From: Candidatus Pacearchaeota archaeon
Lineage (GTDB): Archaea > Nanobdellota > Nanobdellia > Pacearchaeales > GW2011-AR1
Direction: 5' to 3'
NCBI GenBank assembly: GCA_964202455.1
Contig: CAXNIJ010000002.1
Location: forward strand, 5,667-69,666
Length of the DNA: 64,000 nucleotides
Position numbers and translations under genes: made by a program. Positions 9,777-20,624 of the stretch are shown here, piece after piece. Every line of letters starts with the position of its first letter. Within the stretch, counting starts at the first letter, position 1. Below the pieces are notes generated by a model. That model was not told where the DNA came from, did not search any database, and saw only the letters and a program-made list of their open reading frames with translations.

Positions 9777-10997
9777 TTATTTTTTTAAAATCTTAATTAG
9801 CGCTTTCTCGCTCAACCCTTCTTCTTTACCCGTTTTCATATCTCTTAATTTAAATTTCTTATTGAGAATCTCATTCTCTCCGACAAAAACAACATAAGGA
9901 ATAGAATAATAGTTTGCATATTCTAGGGCTTTACCAACTTTCTCAAAGGAAAGAGTACAAGATATTTCGGCTTTTCTTAATTTCTGCGCTAGTTTAATAC
10001 TCTTAGCATTCTGTTCGATTGATAAAAGAAGAACTCGAGGTAAAGCAGGAGTTGAAATATTTGCCAGGTCAGCAACTCTATCAAGACCAAAAGAAATTCC
10101 AACTGCCGAAATATCGCGTCCTAAATATTTTCCAACACTTTTATCATATCTTCCGCCCGCAGCTATCGTGAACTTGCCTGGAGCACTCACTTCAAATATA
10201 TTTCCAGTATAGTAACTTAAACCTCTAATCATATTAAAATTAATTTTAATATCGAGGCCATAATGTGCACATTCTTTTTTTAAGTCTGCAAGTTCATTTG
10301 CGCCATCAAAAGAATTTTCAATAAAAAAAGATAAATTTTTTTCAAGAAGTTTAAATAATGTAAGAATTTGATTTGAATCTGCATATCTCTTAAGATTAAC
10401 TTTAACTTGATCTTCTCCAATTTTAGTCATTTTATCTAATTCTCGCATAACTTGCTTTACTTCTTTAATTTCAACACTTTCAATAATTGCTTGTAATAAC
10501 TTACGATTATTAACTAATATTTCTGCAGAGATGTTTAGTTCTTTAAGAATATCCATGACGCAAGCAAGTATCTCCGCGTCTGATTTAATTGATGAATCTC
10601 CAACGCAGTCAATATCGCATTGTGTAAATTGTCTATATCTTCCAGTACCGGTGGGTTCATCTCTAAAAACTGGCCCGATTTGATATCTCTTAAAAGGTAA
10701 TTTAATATTCGTATTCTGTTTAATAATTCGAGCGAGCTGAAACGTAAATTCGTATCGTAATCCTAAATTTCTTCCGGCACGATCTCTAAGTCGAAATCTA
10801 TCTGAAACAGCTTCATCTTCTTCTCCAGGTAATTCAGAACGCATCAGTTCATCAAATTCTATAACTGGCGTTTCTATAGGAACAAATCCATATCTTTGAA
10901 AGTGAGACTCAATAATTTTCTGCACCTTATTTCTTTTCAAAGAAACTGGGGGCAAGTAATCTGCAAATCCTTTAACTGTATCGACTTCTATTTTCAT
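9777..10997 (-). CDS. hisS: Histidyl-tRNA synthetase
   Basis: KGFADYLP, LRYEFT, FRDEP..GRYRQFTQCD, RGLSYYTG, AGGRYD, plus anticodon-binding domain. Confidence 0.97.
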   Translation of the reverse strand: MKIEVDTVKGFADYLPPVSLKRNKVQKIIESHFQRYGFVPIETPVIEFDELMRSELPGEEDEAVSDRFRLRDRAGRNLGLRYEFTFQLARIIKQNTNIKLPFKRYQIGPVFRDEPTGTGRYRQFTQCDIDCVGDSSIKSDAEILACVMDILKELNISAEILVNNRKLLQAIIESVEIKEVKQVMRELDKMTKIGEDQVKVNLKRYADSNQILTLFKLLEKNLSFFIENSFDGANELADLKKECAHYGLDIKINFNMIRGLSYYTGNIFEVSAPGKFTIAAGGRYDKSVGKYLGRDISAVGISFGLDRVADLANISTPALPRVLLLSIEQNAKSIKLAQKLRKAEISCTLSFEKVGKALEYANYYSIPYVVFVGENEILNKKFKLRDMKTGKEEGLSEKALIKILKK

Positions 10998-11068
10998 GAT
11001 TATTCTTTCTTACTATTACTACTAGTATATTTAACTGTTACGTTCACAAAAACCCTGTGTAAATTCTA

Positions 11069-11854
11069 ATGCTCAATTTAGACAATCTATTTAAATATCA
11101 TTTAATTAAAATAAGTATGAATCAAAAAAACGAAGGCTATCCAAAAACACTCTTAATAATATTCCTCATTCTTTTTGCAATTTCTTCAATAGGAGTTCAG
11201 TTCCAATTTGACTTTTTCCTAGAGCATATTCTTACAGTTTTAGTGCTCGCACTTCTAATTTTTACATATAAAAATTTCCGCCTCAGTAACATTTCATACA
11301 CGCTCATTTTCGCATTTATGCTTCTGCATATACTAGGCGCACATTACACCTATTCGCTAGTACCGTACAACGCTTGGAGTAAATCTCTTTTCGGATTTAG
11401 CATAGATGCATATTTTGGATTTACAAGAAATATGTATGATCGCTTAGTTCACTTTTCTTTCGGTCTATTTTTTGTTTATCCAGTTAGAGAATTTTTTATG
11501 CGTGTTGTCACAACAAGAGGAATCTGGGGATATTATCTTCCTTTAGATGTAATGGCTTCTTTTAGTGTCATCTATGAATTAATGGAATTTGGAGTTGCCG
11601 TAATGTTCAGTGGCGACGTGGCTGCAAACTATAATGGGGAACAAGGAGATAAATGGGATGCACATAAAGATATGTTTTTAGCAATTCTTGGAGGAATAGT
11701 TACTATGTTTGTAACTTTTTGCATCAATTGGAAGTACAAAAAGAACTTTGAAAAAGACTTAGAATCTAGTTTTTCAGTAAAAAACAAAACTCCTCTAGGG
11801 GAAGTTGAATTAAGAAAAATCATGAACAAAAAACCTCTAGGTAGAAAGGTTTAA
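11069..11854 (+). CDS. DUF2238/YjdF-family membrane protein (start may be 11117)
   Basis: LHILGAHYTYSLVP, RNMYDRLVHFSFG, YELMEF, QGDKWDAHKDM. Confidence 0.85.
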   Translation: MLNLDNLFKYHLIKISMNQKNEGYPKTLLIIFLILFAISSIGVQFQFDFFLEHILTVLVLALLIFTYKNFRLSNISYTLIFAFMLLHILGAHYTYSLVPYNAWSKSLFGFSIDAYFGFTRNMYDRLVHFSFGLFFVYPVREFFMRVVTTRGIWGYYLPLDVMASFSVIYELMEFGVAVMFSGDVAANYNGEQGDKWDAHKDMFLAILGGIVTMFVTFCINWKYKKNFEKDLESSFSVKNKTPLGEVELRKIMNKKPLGRKV

Positions 11855-11919
11855 AAAGCTGTTTTTGCAACTTTTAAAAAGAATCACCAACAATATTTTA
11901 TTGGTGAGGAAAACCCTTC

Positions 11920-12129
11920 ATGCATATTCATCAGCCTAAACATATCCGCCTAAAATCCGAAGAATCTAAGACTCTTTTAGAAAAATATCATGTTTCTGTT
12001 GCTCAAATTCCAAAAATAAAAATTACTGACGTGTGTGTTCCAGAAGGTTCACAAGTAGGGGATGTTTTAAAAATTGAAAGAAAGGAGGGAGACGTAGTAA
12101 ATGTTTACTTTCGCGTCGTGGCTGCATGA
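11920..12129 (+). CDS. rpoH: RNA polymerase subunit H (Rpo5)
   Basis: HIHQPKH...IPKIKITD...GDVLKIER...YFRVV; directly upstream of rpoB. Confidence 0.95.
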   Translation: MHIHQPKHIRLKSEESKTLLEKYHVSVAQIPKIKITDVCVPEGSQVGDVLKIERKEGDVVNVYFRVVAA

Positions 12130-15100
12130 GATCAAAAAGAAATATTCTAATTGAAAAATACCTCGAGCAACATTCTCTAGTAGAATCTAATGTCATTTCA
12201 TTCAACGACTTCATTCAGAACAGAATGCAGCAAATTGTTGGAGAATTAAATGAAACAATTAATGTAGAAGAAGTAGATATTAAACTAGGCAAAATAAGAA
12301 TGGAAAAGCCAAATATTATAGAATCAGATGGAAGTACTAATCCAGTTACTCCAGGTATAGCTCGTCTAAGAAATCTAACATATTCCGCGCCAGTTTATGT
12401 AGAACTAACTGTCAAATTTGGCGGACAAACAGATAGTTCCGAAGTAGAAGTTGGAAGAATTCCTGTGATGGTAAAAAGCGCAGCGTGTAACGTTTACGGA
12501 ATGTCAAGAGATCAGTTACGAGAGCATTATATGGATCCGTTAGACCCCGGCGGATATTTTATCATTAATGGTAACGAAAGAGTCATGGTCATGAGTGAAG
12601 ATTTGGCTGCAAACCAACCATTTATTGAAGAAGGCAGACTTGGATTAACACTTAGATTATTTTCACAAAGAGGATCTTATAGAATTCCAACAACTATCTC
12701 AGAAACCAACGAGGGGATATTGGAATTAACATTTAGTAGATTAAAGAATATTCCTGCAATAGTTGTATTAAAAGCTCTTGGAATGGTAAAAGAAGCCGAT
12801 ATTGCAAATAAAATTAATCACGAAAACGATTGCTTAATCGTAAATCTATATGAATATGCAAAAACTCAGAGTTCTGAAGATGCCATGATGGTTATTGCGG
12901 AGAAATCTGGAATTCAAGGAACAAAAAAAGAAATTCTAGACAGAGTAAAACAAAGACTCGATTCATTTTTCTTGCCTCATATTGGACTAGATAAAAATGC
13001 AAGAGTAGAAAAAGCCCATACCTTAAGTAGATTAATTAGTTTATATCTGAAAGCAAAAGAAAATCCTCAAATCAGAACGGACAAAGATCATTATGCAAGT
13101 AAACGTATTAAATTATCTGGAGATCTTATGTCTGATTTATTTAGAGTAAATCTGGGAATATTAATCCGAGACATTCAATATTCTTTACAAAAAGTTGCAA
13201 AGCGTAAAAAGTTTTATTCTATTAAAACAATTGCAAAATCTACATTATTTACACAAAGAATTGAAAGCGCTATCGCAACAGGAAGTTGGATTGGTGAGCG
13301 TTCTGGAGTTACACAAAATATGGACAAGACAAATTACCTAGCCATGCTTTCTCAACTTCAAAGAGTATCGAGTATGCTTCCAGGAGAACAAGAGAACTTC
13401 ATGGCAAGAACTCTTCATCCAACTCACTATGGGCGATTCTGTCCAACAGAAACTCCAGAAGGAGGAGAAATTGGACTCCGTAAGAATCTCGCATTATTAA
13501 GTAAAATTTCAACTGCTGCGAATTTCAATGAACAAACAGTCTTACAAATATTTTCTGGATTTGGTTTAAAGAAAGAATCTAGTGACACAGCAAATGATGT
13601 TTTCTTCAACGGAAGATTTTTAGGATATACGGAAGATGCAACTAAATTTGCCGAAGTTGTTAGAAGATCTCGTCGTGAAGGAAAACTTCCAAAGGAACTC
13701 AGCATTAGAGTAATGTCCCAAACAAGTCAGATTCTTATGTCAACTGAAATTGGAAGAGTTCTCAGACCTCTTGTTGTAATCGATAAAGGTATTTCTTTGC
13801 TTAAAGACGAACATCTAGTTCTTTTAACTTCTGGAAAACTAAAATGGGTGGATCTTATTAAAGAAGGCATTATTGAATATATAGACGCTGCAGAAGAAGA
13901 AAATGCTCTAGTTGCGCTTTATCCTGAAGAAGCAACTCAAAATCATACTCATACTGAAGTCCATCAAATAGATTTGTTCGGACTAATTACAAGCTTAGTT
14001 CCATTCGGAAATCACGACCAATCATCTCGTCTAAACCGAGGAAGTAAAACGCTTAAGCAAAGCCTGGGCATTTATGCAGCAAATTATTTAGTTAGACTTG
14101 ATACTGATGTCTCAGTTCTTCATTATCCTCAAAAACCTTTAGTGCGCAGTTTTATTTATGATACTTTAGAAGTTTATCCAGCTGGTCAAAATATTGTAGT
14201 CGCAATTATGCCATTTGAAGGGTATAATATGGAAGATGCCGTAGTTCTAAATAAAGGAAGTATAGATCGGGGAATGGGAAGAAGCACTTATTTTAGACCA
14301 TACTGTGTAACTGAATTACAATATGCGGGAGGCTTATCAGATGAAATCGTTGTACCTGATAAAGACGTTTCAGGCTACAGAACTGAAAACTCCTATAGAT
14401 TCCTTGAAGATGATGGAATAGCTTATCCTGAAGCAAGTATGAAGGAAGGAGAGGTAGTTATTGGAAAGACCACGCCTCCAAAATTCCTTAGTGAAGCAAA
14501 AGATATTAGTATTCAATCTAAAAAAGAAGCGAGTGCCGCAATCAGACAGGAAGAAAGAGGAGTAGTAGATGCAGTATTCGTTACAGTAAATGAAGAAGGA
14601 AATAAAATCGCTCAAGTACGTACAAGAGACTCAAGACTTCCAGAACCTGGAGACAAATTCTCTACACCTCACGGACAAAAAGGAGTCATTGGACTAATCG
14701 CAGATTCAGAAGACATTCCATTTACTTCTAGAGGAGTCAAACCTGATTTAATGTTTAATCCACACGGTATTCCAAGCAGAATGACTGTAGGTTATCTTAT
14801 AGAACTTCTCGCAGGAAAAACTGGAGCAATTACTGGAAAAATCGTGGACGGAACATCCTTTACAGGTTGTAGCGTTCAAGAGTTAGAAGATCAGTTAAGA
14901 GAATTAGGATTCAGTTATGACGGAAAAGAAACAATGTATAATGGAATAACTGGCAAGAAAATGGATGCTAAAATTTACATTGGAAATATGTATTATCTCA
15001 AACTCAAGCATATGGTCAAGAATAAAATGCATGCACGTGCTTCAGGAAAAGTAACGTTATTAACTAGACAACCAATAGAAGGAAGAGCTCGAGGAGGAGC

Positions 15101-15383
15101 ACTTAGACTAGGAGAAATGGAACAACAAGCTCTTGTAGGGCATGGAGCTTCACTATTATTAAAGGAAAGATATGATTCAGACAAAACAGTAGTTTATGTT
15201 TGTAAAGAATGTGGAAGTATGACTTACGAAGATATAATTCGTAACAAAATCTCCTGTAACTTATGTGGAAGCAATGAAGCAGAACTTTTAGAAATGTCCT
15301 ATGCATTCAAGCTCCTAGTAGATGAACTCCTCGGTCTAGGAATTCAAACTGACTTCGAATTAAAAAACAAATACGAACAATAA
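12126..15383 (+). CDS. rpoB: RNA polymerase subunit B (undivided)
   Basis: GGYFIINGNERV, CPTETPEG, GYNMEDA, GDKFSTPHGQKG, RLGEME, C-terminal Zn finger. Confidence 0.99.
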   Translation: MRSKRNILIEKYLEQHSLVESNVISFNDFIQNRMQQIVGELNETINVEEVDIKLGKIRMEKPNIIESDGSTNPVTPGIARLRNLTYSAPVYVELTVKFGGQTDSSEVEVGRIPVMVKSAACNVYGMSRDQLREHYMDPLDPGGYFIINGNERVMVMSEDLAANQPFIEEGRLGLTLRLFSQRGSYRIPTTISETNEGILELTFSRLKNIPAIVVLKALGMVKEADIANKINHENDCLIVNLYEYAKTQSSEDAMMVIAEKSGIQGTKKEILDRVKQRLDSFFLPHIGLDKNARVEKAHTLSRLISLYLKAKENPQIRTDKDHYASKRIKLSGDLMSDLFRVNLGILIRDIQYSLQKVAKRKKFYSIKTIAKSTLFTQRIESAIATGSWIGERSGVTQNMDKTNYLAMLSQLQRVSSMLPGEQENFMARTLHPTHYGRFCPTETPEGGEIGLRKNLALLSKISTAANFNEQTVLQIFSGFGLKKESSDTANDVFFNGRFLGYTEDATKFAEVVRRSRREGKLPKELSIRVMSQTSQILMSTEIGRVLRPLVVIDKGISLLKDEHLVLLTSGKLKWVDLIKEGIIEYIDAAEEENALVALYPEEATQNHTHTEVHQIDLFGLITSLVPFGNHDQSSRLNRGSKTLKQSLGIYAANYLVRLDTDVSVLHYPQKPLVRSFIYDTLEVYPAGQNIVVAIMPFEGYNMEDAVVLNKGSIDRGMGRSTYFRPYCVTELQYAGGLSDEIVVPDKDVSGYRTENSYRFLEDDGIAYPEASMKEGEVVIGKTTPPKFLSEAKDISIQSKKEASAAIRQEERGVVDAVFVTVNEEGNKIAQVRTRDSRLPEPGDKFSTPHGQKGVIGLIADSEDIPFTSRGVKPDLMFNPHGIPSRMTVGYLIELLAGKTGAITGKIVDGTSFTGCSVQELEDQLRELGFSYDGKETMYNGITGKKMDAKIYIGNMYYLKLKHMVKNKMHARASGKVTLLTRQPIEGRARGGALRLGEMEQQALVGHGASLLLKERYDSDKTVVYVCKECGSMTYEDIIRNKISCNLCGSNEAELLEMSYAFKLLVDELLGLGIQTDFELKNKYEQ

Positions 15384-15384
15384 A

Positions 15385-18300
15385 ATGAGAACAAATTATT
15401 TCAGAAAACAAGTGCGCGCATTAAAGTTTAGTTTACTCAGTCCTGAAAAGATTAAGAAATTAAGCACAGCAAAAATTGTAACTCCAGAACTTTACGATAT
15501 TGATGGATTTCCAGTTGATGGAGGTCTGATGGATTTACGTCTTGGAGCGATTGATCCGGGAGTACGTTGTAGAACCTGTGGAAAAAGAGTTAAAGAATGT
15601 ACCGGTCATCCTGGAAGTATTGAACTTGCTAGACCGGCATTCCATATAAAATATATTCCGTTGATTGAACTTTGTTTAAGAAGTTTCTGCTACAAGTGTG
15701 GCAGACTTACACTTAGCGAAGAAAAACAAAAAGATTACATTCCTAGTCAAAGAGCAAAAAAAGCCAGAGACTCAAAAAAGTGTCCTTTTTGTTCAGAAAA
15801 TCTTGAACGTGTTAGATTAGAAAAACCAAGCACTTTTATGATTGGAAAGAAAAGAATATCTTCTATTGAAGTTAGAGAAAGACTCCTATTAATTAAAGAC
15901 GATGAATTAAAAAAAATAGGAGTCAATCCTAAAACCTGTAGACCTGAGTGGGCAGTGCTTTCTCTTCTACTTGTTCCTTCAGTAACTGTACGTCCAAGTA
16001 TAACTTTAGATACTGGAGAAAGAAGCGAAGATGATCTTACTCACAAACTTTCAGATATTATTCGTTCAAATCAACGTCTATGGGAAAATTTAAACGCGGG
16101 AGCTCCAGAAGTAATTATAGAAGATCTTTGGGATCTTTTGCAATATCACATCACAACTTTCTTTGATAATAACATTTCTCGTATACCTCCAGCTAGGCAC
16201 AGGTCTGGTCAACCTCTTAAAACAATCACAGAAAGAATAAAAGGAAAAGAAGGAAGAATTAGACAAAACTTAGCAGGAAAGCGTGTAAATTATTCTGCAA
16301 GAACAGTAGTTTCTCCTGATCCTTTCATCAGGATCAACGAAGTTGGAGTTCCTTTCGAGATTGCAAAAATTATTACAATGGCTGAGACAGTTACAACCTT
16401 AAATATAGAAGCAATGAAAGACCTTATAAGAAAGGGAGAGAAATATCCTGGAGCAAATTATGTTATTAGAACTGATGGAAAACGTAAAAGAATAACTGAA
16501 GATCTTAAAGAGGAACTTTGTGCTGAAATAGTTCCAGGTTATAAAATTGAAAGACACATTCGAGATGGAGATGTAGTTTTATTCAATAGACACCCTAGCT
16601 TACATAAACAGAGTCTTATGGCCCATTATGTAAGAGTATTGCCAAATAGAACATTTAGATTGCATCCTGCAGCAGCAACTCCATACAATGCAGACTATGA
16701 CGGAGACGAAATGAATCTTCACAGTCCTCAAACTGAAGAGGCTCTAGCTGAAGCAAAAATTCTTCTAGATGTCAATGCAAATATTATTTCTTCAAAAAAT
16801 AATATGAACTTAGTTGGAACAATTGGAGATGCAGTTACTGGTGCATATCTTCTTGCAAAAGATACTCTAAAGAGAAGCGATGCAGATCAGTCATTATTTT
16901 CAGCAGGAATAATAAACTCTTCTAAAAATAGTGAACAAAAAGGACAAGATATTTTTGCTCAAGTTATGCCTAAAAATTCAGGAATAAAAATTCCATTAGA
17001 ATTAACGGGAAGTAGTTCATTTGGAGTAGAAGACAGCGAAATGATCAAAGAATTAGATAAAGAATTTGGAAGAGAAGTAGCTGTAGATTCACTAATGAAG
17101 GCATTTATTCTTGGCGCAGTTTATCTTTCAAGAAGAGGATATACTTTATCGGTGCAAGACTTAAATGTTTCAGACAAAGTTAAAAAAATAACTGATGAAA
17201 TAGTAATCCAAGCAGAAGTTAAAACTCAAGAAATAATTAAAGAATTTAGAGAAGGTAGATTAAATTCTCTTCCAGGTAAAACATTAGAAGAAACAAGAGA
17301 AATAAAAATCGCACAGATACTTAATGAAGTTAGATCTGAAATAGGTAAAGTTGTACAAGCAAACTTTCCGGTAGATGGTAATGTGAATAAAATGATTAGC
17401 GCAAAGGCAGCTGGAAGTATGTTGAATATAACTCAAATTGGATGTTGCGTAGGGCAACAATCTTTATGGAATAAGCGTATTAGTTTCGGATATACAGAAA
17501 GAACATTATCATTTTTCAAAGCAGGAGATATTGGACCAGAAGCAAGAGGATTTGTCAAATCCTCTTTCTTTGAAGGACTAAAACCAAGTGAATTCTTCTT
17601 CGGAGCAATTACTGGAAGAGACTCTTTAATGGACTTAGCATTGAGAACTCCAAAATCTGGATACTTGTATAGGAGACTAGTTAGTGCATTACAAGATTTA
17701 AAAATTGCTTACGATGGCACTGTTCGTGACGCTTCGGAAAATATCGTTCAATTTGTTTACGGAGACGACGGAAAAGATGTTGCAAGACTACATTTGAAAG
17801 AAAATAAAGTTTCTCCTGGAGAAGCAGTTGGAGTCATAACTGCGCAAAGTTTCGGAGAAGCTTCAACACAAATGGTTCTCAACGTATTCCACTTCGCAGG
17901 AGTTGCTCAAATGCAGATCACACAAGGATTGCCAAGAATTATAGAAATTCTAGATGCTAGAAAACAACCATCTACTCCTCTTATGGAAATTACATTAGAT
18001 AAGGAGAATAATAATGAAAAAGATGCAAAAACAATAGCAGAAAAAATTAAAGAAATAAAACTCAAAGAAATTATCTCAGAAATTAAAATAGATTTTGCAA
18101 ATAAGAAAATTGAAATTCAATTAGACCTAAAAGCAATTAAGAGTGTCCACACTAATGCTCAGAAGATCTTAGAAAGATTGCAAGAAAAAGGATTTAGTGT
18201 AAAAGGCAATGATACAAAAATAAGTATCTATGTCCCAGATTTAGATTATAAGGCTATTTACAAATTAAAAGAAAAGATGAAAGAAACAATAGTCTCTGGA

Positions 18301-18849
18301 GTAAAAAATGTAACTCAAGTAGTTATTGCAAATAGAGGAAAGGATTATATAATTATAACTTCTGGATCTAATTTGGAAGAGATTATCCTAGTGAAAGGAG
18401 TAGATAAAGACAAAGTTAAATCGAATGATATTCACGACACTGCTGCAGTTCTTGGAATTGAAGCAGCAAGACAAGCAATCATCAATGAAATAAAAGATGT
18501 ACTTCAATCACAGGGTCTGGATATTAATGAACGACACTCTAAACTTATCGCAGACGCAATGACTTCATCCGGAGTTGTAAAAGGGGTAACAAGAATGGGA
18601 ATTATTTCAGAAAAAGCAAGTATTCTTGCAAGGGCAACTTTCGAAACACCAGATAAGCAATTCATTAACGCAACAATACAGGGTGGTCGCGATGAATTAA
18701 GTTCTGTAATTGAAAATATCTTACTCAATCAAGCAATTCCAGTTGGAACCGGTCTTCCAGGTCTTCTAGTGAAAATTACCGGTCCACTTGTAAATAAAGA
18801 TCTAGAAAAAGAGAAGGCAAATGCTAAAAAAAAGAAGTCTACAGAGTAA
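15385..18849 (+). CDS. rpoA: RNA polymerase subunit A (A' and A'' fused)
   Basis: NADYDGDEMN active site, then TPKSGYLYRRL (end of A') continuing in frame into PGEAVGVITAQSFGEASTQM and ENILLNQAIPVGTG (A''). Confidence 0.98.
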   Translation: MRTNYFRKQVRALKFSLLSPEKIKKLSTAKIVTPELYDIDGFPVDGGLMDLRLGAIDPGVRCRTCGKRVKECTGHPGSIELARPAFHIKYIPLIELCLRSFCYKCGRLTLSEEKQKDYIPSQRAKKARDSKKCPFCSENLERVRLEKPSTFMIGKKRISSIEVRERLLLIKDDELKKIGVNPKTCRPEWAVLSLLLVPSVTVRPSITLDTGERSEDDLTHKLSDIIRSNQRLWENLNAGAPEVIIEDLWDLLQYHITTFFDNNISRIPPARHRSGQPLKTITERIKGKEGRIRQNLAGKRVNYSARTVVSPDPFIRINEVGVPFEIAKIITMAETVTTLNIEAMKDLIRKGEKYPGANYVIRTDGKRKRITEDLKEELCAEIVPGYKIERHIRDGDVVLFNRHPSLHKQSLMAHYVRVLPNRTFRLHPAAATPYNADYDGDEMNLHSPQTEEALAEAKILLDVNANIISSKNNMNLVGTIGDAVTGAYLLAKDTLKRSDADQSLFSAGIINSSKNSEQKGQDIFAQVMPKNSGIKIPLELTGSSSFGVEDSEMIKELDKEFGREVAVDSLMKAFILGAVYLSRRGYTLSVQDLNVSDKVKKITDEIVIQAEVKTQEIIKEFREGRLNSLPGKTLEETREIKIAQILNEVRSEIGKVVQANFPVDGNVNKMISAKAAGSMLNITQIGCCVGQQSLWNKRISFGYTERTLSFFKAGDIGPEARGFVKSSFFEGLKPSEFFFGAITGRDSLMDLALRTPKSGYLYRRLVSALQDLKIAYDGTVRDASENIVQFVYGDDGKDVARLHLKENKVSPGEAVGVITAQSFGEASTQMVLNVFHFAGVAQMQITQGLPRIIEILDARKQPSTPLMEITLDKENNNEKDAKTIAEKIKEIKLKEIISEIKIDFANKKIEIQLDLKAIKSVHTNAQKILERLQEKGFSVKGNDTKISIYVPDLDYKAIYKLKEKMKETIVSGVKNVTQVVIANRGKDYIIITSGSNLEEIILVKGVDKDKVKSNDIHDTAAVLGIEAARQAIINEIKDVLQSQGLDINERHSKLIADAMTSSGVVKGVTRMGIISEKASILARATFETPDKQFINATIQGGRDELSSVIENILLNQAIPVGTGLPGLLVKITGPLVNKDLEKEKANAKKKKSTE

Positions 18850-18921
18850 TTACCGTCGGAAAAACGATAGATAGATTTATAAACTTACTCAAAGAAAAAA
18901 GAATAGGGAAAAAGAAAGCTC

Positions 18922-19335
18922 ATGACAACATTTGATTTGCAAACAATTCGATATATTAATCTTCTAGATAGTATTTCTCGCGTTAAAACTAGAAGGTGTT
19001 TTCTTTATAATAATATGGTCGTATTCGCAGTACCTAAAGAACTAATGGCAAAAGCTATTGGTCCTGGCGCAACACATGTTCATAACATTCAAGAAAAATT
19101 AGGAAAAAAAATACGTATAATTGAAGAAGCACAATCTATCAATAATGTTGAAAATTTTATCAAGGGAATTGTTTCTCCAGTCTTATTTCATTCTCTAGAA
19201 ATAAAAGAAAACACAATTGTTCTTACAGCTGGAAGTCAAAGCAAAGCTTCTCTAATAGGCCGTAATCGTCGACGTGAAGCAGAACTTCAGCAAATAATCA
19301 AAGATACTTTTGGAATGGATTTGAAGATTGTGTAG
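18922..19335 (+). CDS. nusA: Archaeal NusA (KH domains)
   Basis: KAIGPG...LGKKIRIIE, IGRNRRR; canonical position after rpoA. Confidence 0.92.
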   Translation: MTTFDLQTIRYINLLDSISRVKTRRCFLYNNMVVFAVPKELMAKAIGPGATHVHNIQEKLGKKIRIIEEAQSINNVENFIKGIVSPVLFHSLEIKENTIVLTAGSQSKASLIGRNRRREAELQQIIKDTFGMDLKIV

Positions 19336-19375
19336 AAAAGTTTAATCATTTACAAACCCATCTCAGTATAGAAAA

Positions 19376-19681
19376 TTATATTAAATTTCTCCAATAACCA
19401 AATTCATAACTTTCAAGAAAGTCTACATCCAAAAAGATAGTTCTAAGACTAAGATTTAAGAGATATTTACGAAGTGAACAAATAGTTTTTTTAGAAGATT
19501 CTTCATACCGAGCATAAATCACTTTGTAAACTTGACCTCTCGTAGTATTGAGTTGTGAACATAGATTATCTGTCCGACTATTATTTGAACTAATGCTTAC
19601 AGTTTTATTCATATATGGTCTTACTTTATCCGTTATATTTACTGGAGACCTTAGACCTAAATGACCGAATGGAATTTGCAT
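19376..19681 (-). CDS. Hypothetical protein
   Basis: 101-aa ORF with an upstream TATA-like box, flanked by 19-nt direct repeats. Confidence 0.45.
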   Translation of the reverse strand: MQIPFGHLGLRSPVNITDKVRPYMNKTVSISSNNSRTDNLCSQLNTTRGQVYKVIYARYEESSKKTICSLRKYLLNLSLRTIFLDVDFLESYEFGYWRNLI

Positions 19682-19747
19682 ATAAATCTTATTTTATTAA
19701 AGTTTAAAAATACCTCTAGGAGGTAGTTTAATCATTTGCAAACTTCT

Positions 19748-19975
19748 CTAAAAATCACGTCTATCAAATCGATCTTCATATTCACGTACCATTTTAGTAG
19801 CTTGTTGATGACCATGATAAAGTCTTTCAAAAATAAGATTCACATCGTTAATTCCATATCTTATCATAATATACTTACCAGTTGCTTCAGAAAGAGGATC
19901 GACAAGCTGACGATCTTCAAAAGATAAACTTTCATGCGCTTCAAAAGTCTCGATTACATATCTTCTCAAATACAT
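19748..19975 (-). CDS. Hypothetical protein, possibly 5'-truncated
   Basis: 75-aa ORF; the frame stays open about 30 codons upstream without a start codon. Confidence 0.4.
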   Translation of the reverse strand: MYLRRYVIETFEAHESLSFEDRQLVDPLSEATGKYIMIRYGINDVNLIFERLYHGHQQATKMVREYEDRFDRRDF

Positions 19976-20200
19976 ACGATCGCTCAGTGAAAGATGAACA
20001 TCGAAATAATCTTCAACAATCTCTCTTACCTGCTTAATTGTTTTTGAACGGTTTCTGTAAAGAAAAGAACCTCTTTAAAATATGGCCTTTGAACTTTCGC
20101 GATCAAGATTATTTCCCATATAATTTTGAAGTAATGAGATTTATAAAACTTGACTTAACAAAAAAGAAGGGTTTAAAAACCACTTTTCTCTCCATTGAAT

Positions 20201-20623
20201 ATGGGTTTAATGAATGCACGTATGTTCTTGAAAAGGCAAAAAAAGTTCAGATGGAGTCAGCGAGCCTACAAAAAAAGAATGTTGGGACTACGTGAAAAAG
20301 TAGACCCTCTTGAAGGTTCTTCTCAGGCAAAAGGTATTGTTATTTCTAAATTTCAAAAAGAAGCTCGTCAGCCAAACTCGGCTATGAGAAAATGCTGCAA
20401 AGTACAGCTTATTAAAAATAGTATTCAAGTTGGTGCTTTTATTCCGCGCAATTTAGCACAAAGATTTATAGATGAACACGACGAAGTCATTATCGAAAGA
20501 ATCGGCGGTCGTATGGGTCGTTCCAAAGGAGATATTCCAGGAATTCGTTTCCAAGTAATTAAAGTAAATGAACAGCCTCTACATCTTCTCGTTAAGGGCA
20601 AGATAGAGAAGGGACGTAGATAA
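20201..20623 (+). CDS. rps12: 30S ribosomal protein S12 (uS12)
   Basis: DPLEG..QAKGIV..K...[20 protein letters not shown]; ATG at 20201 preferred over TTG at 20195. Confidence 0.98.
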   Translation: MGLMNARMFLKRQKKFRWSQRAYKKRMLGLREKVDPLEGSSQAKGIVISKFQKEARQPNSAMRKCCKVQLIKNSIQVGAFIPRNLAQRFIDEHDEVIIERIGGRMGRSKGDIPGIRFQVIKVNEQPLHLLVKGKIEKGRR

Positions 20624-20624
20624 A

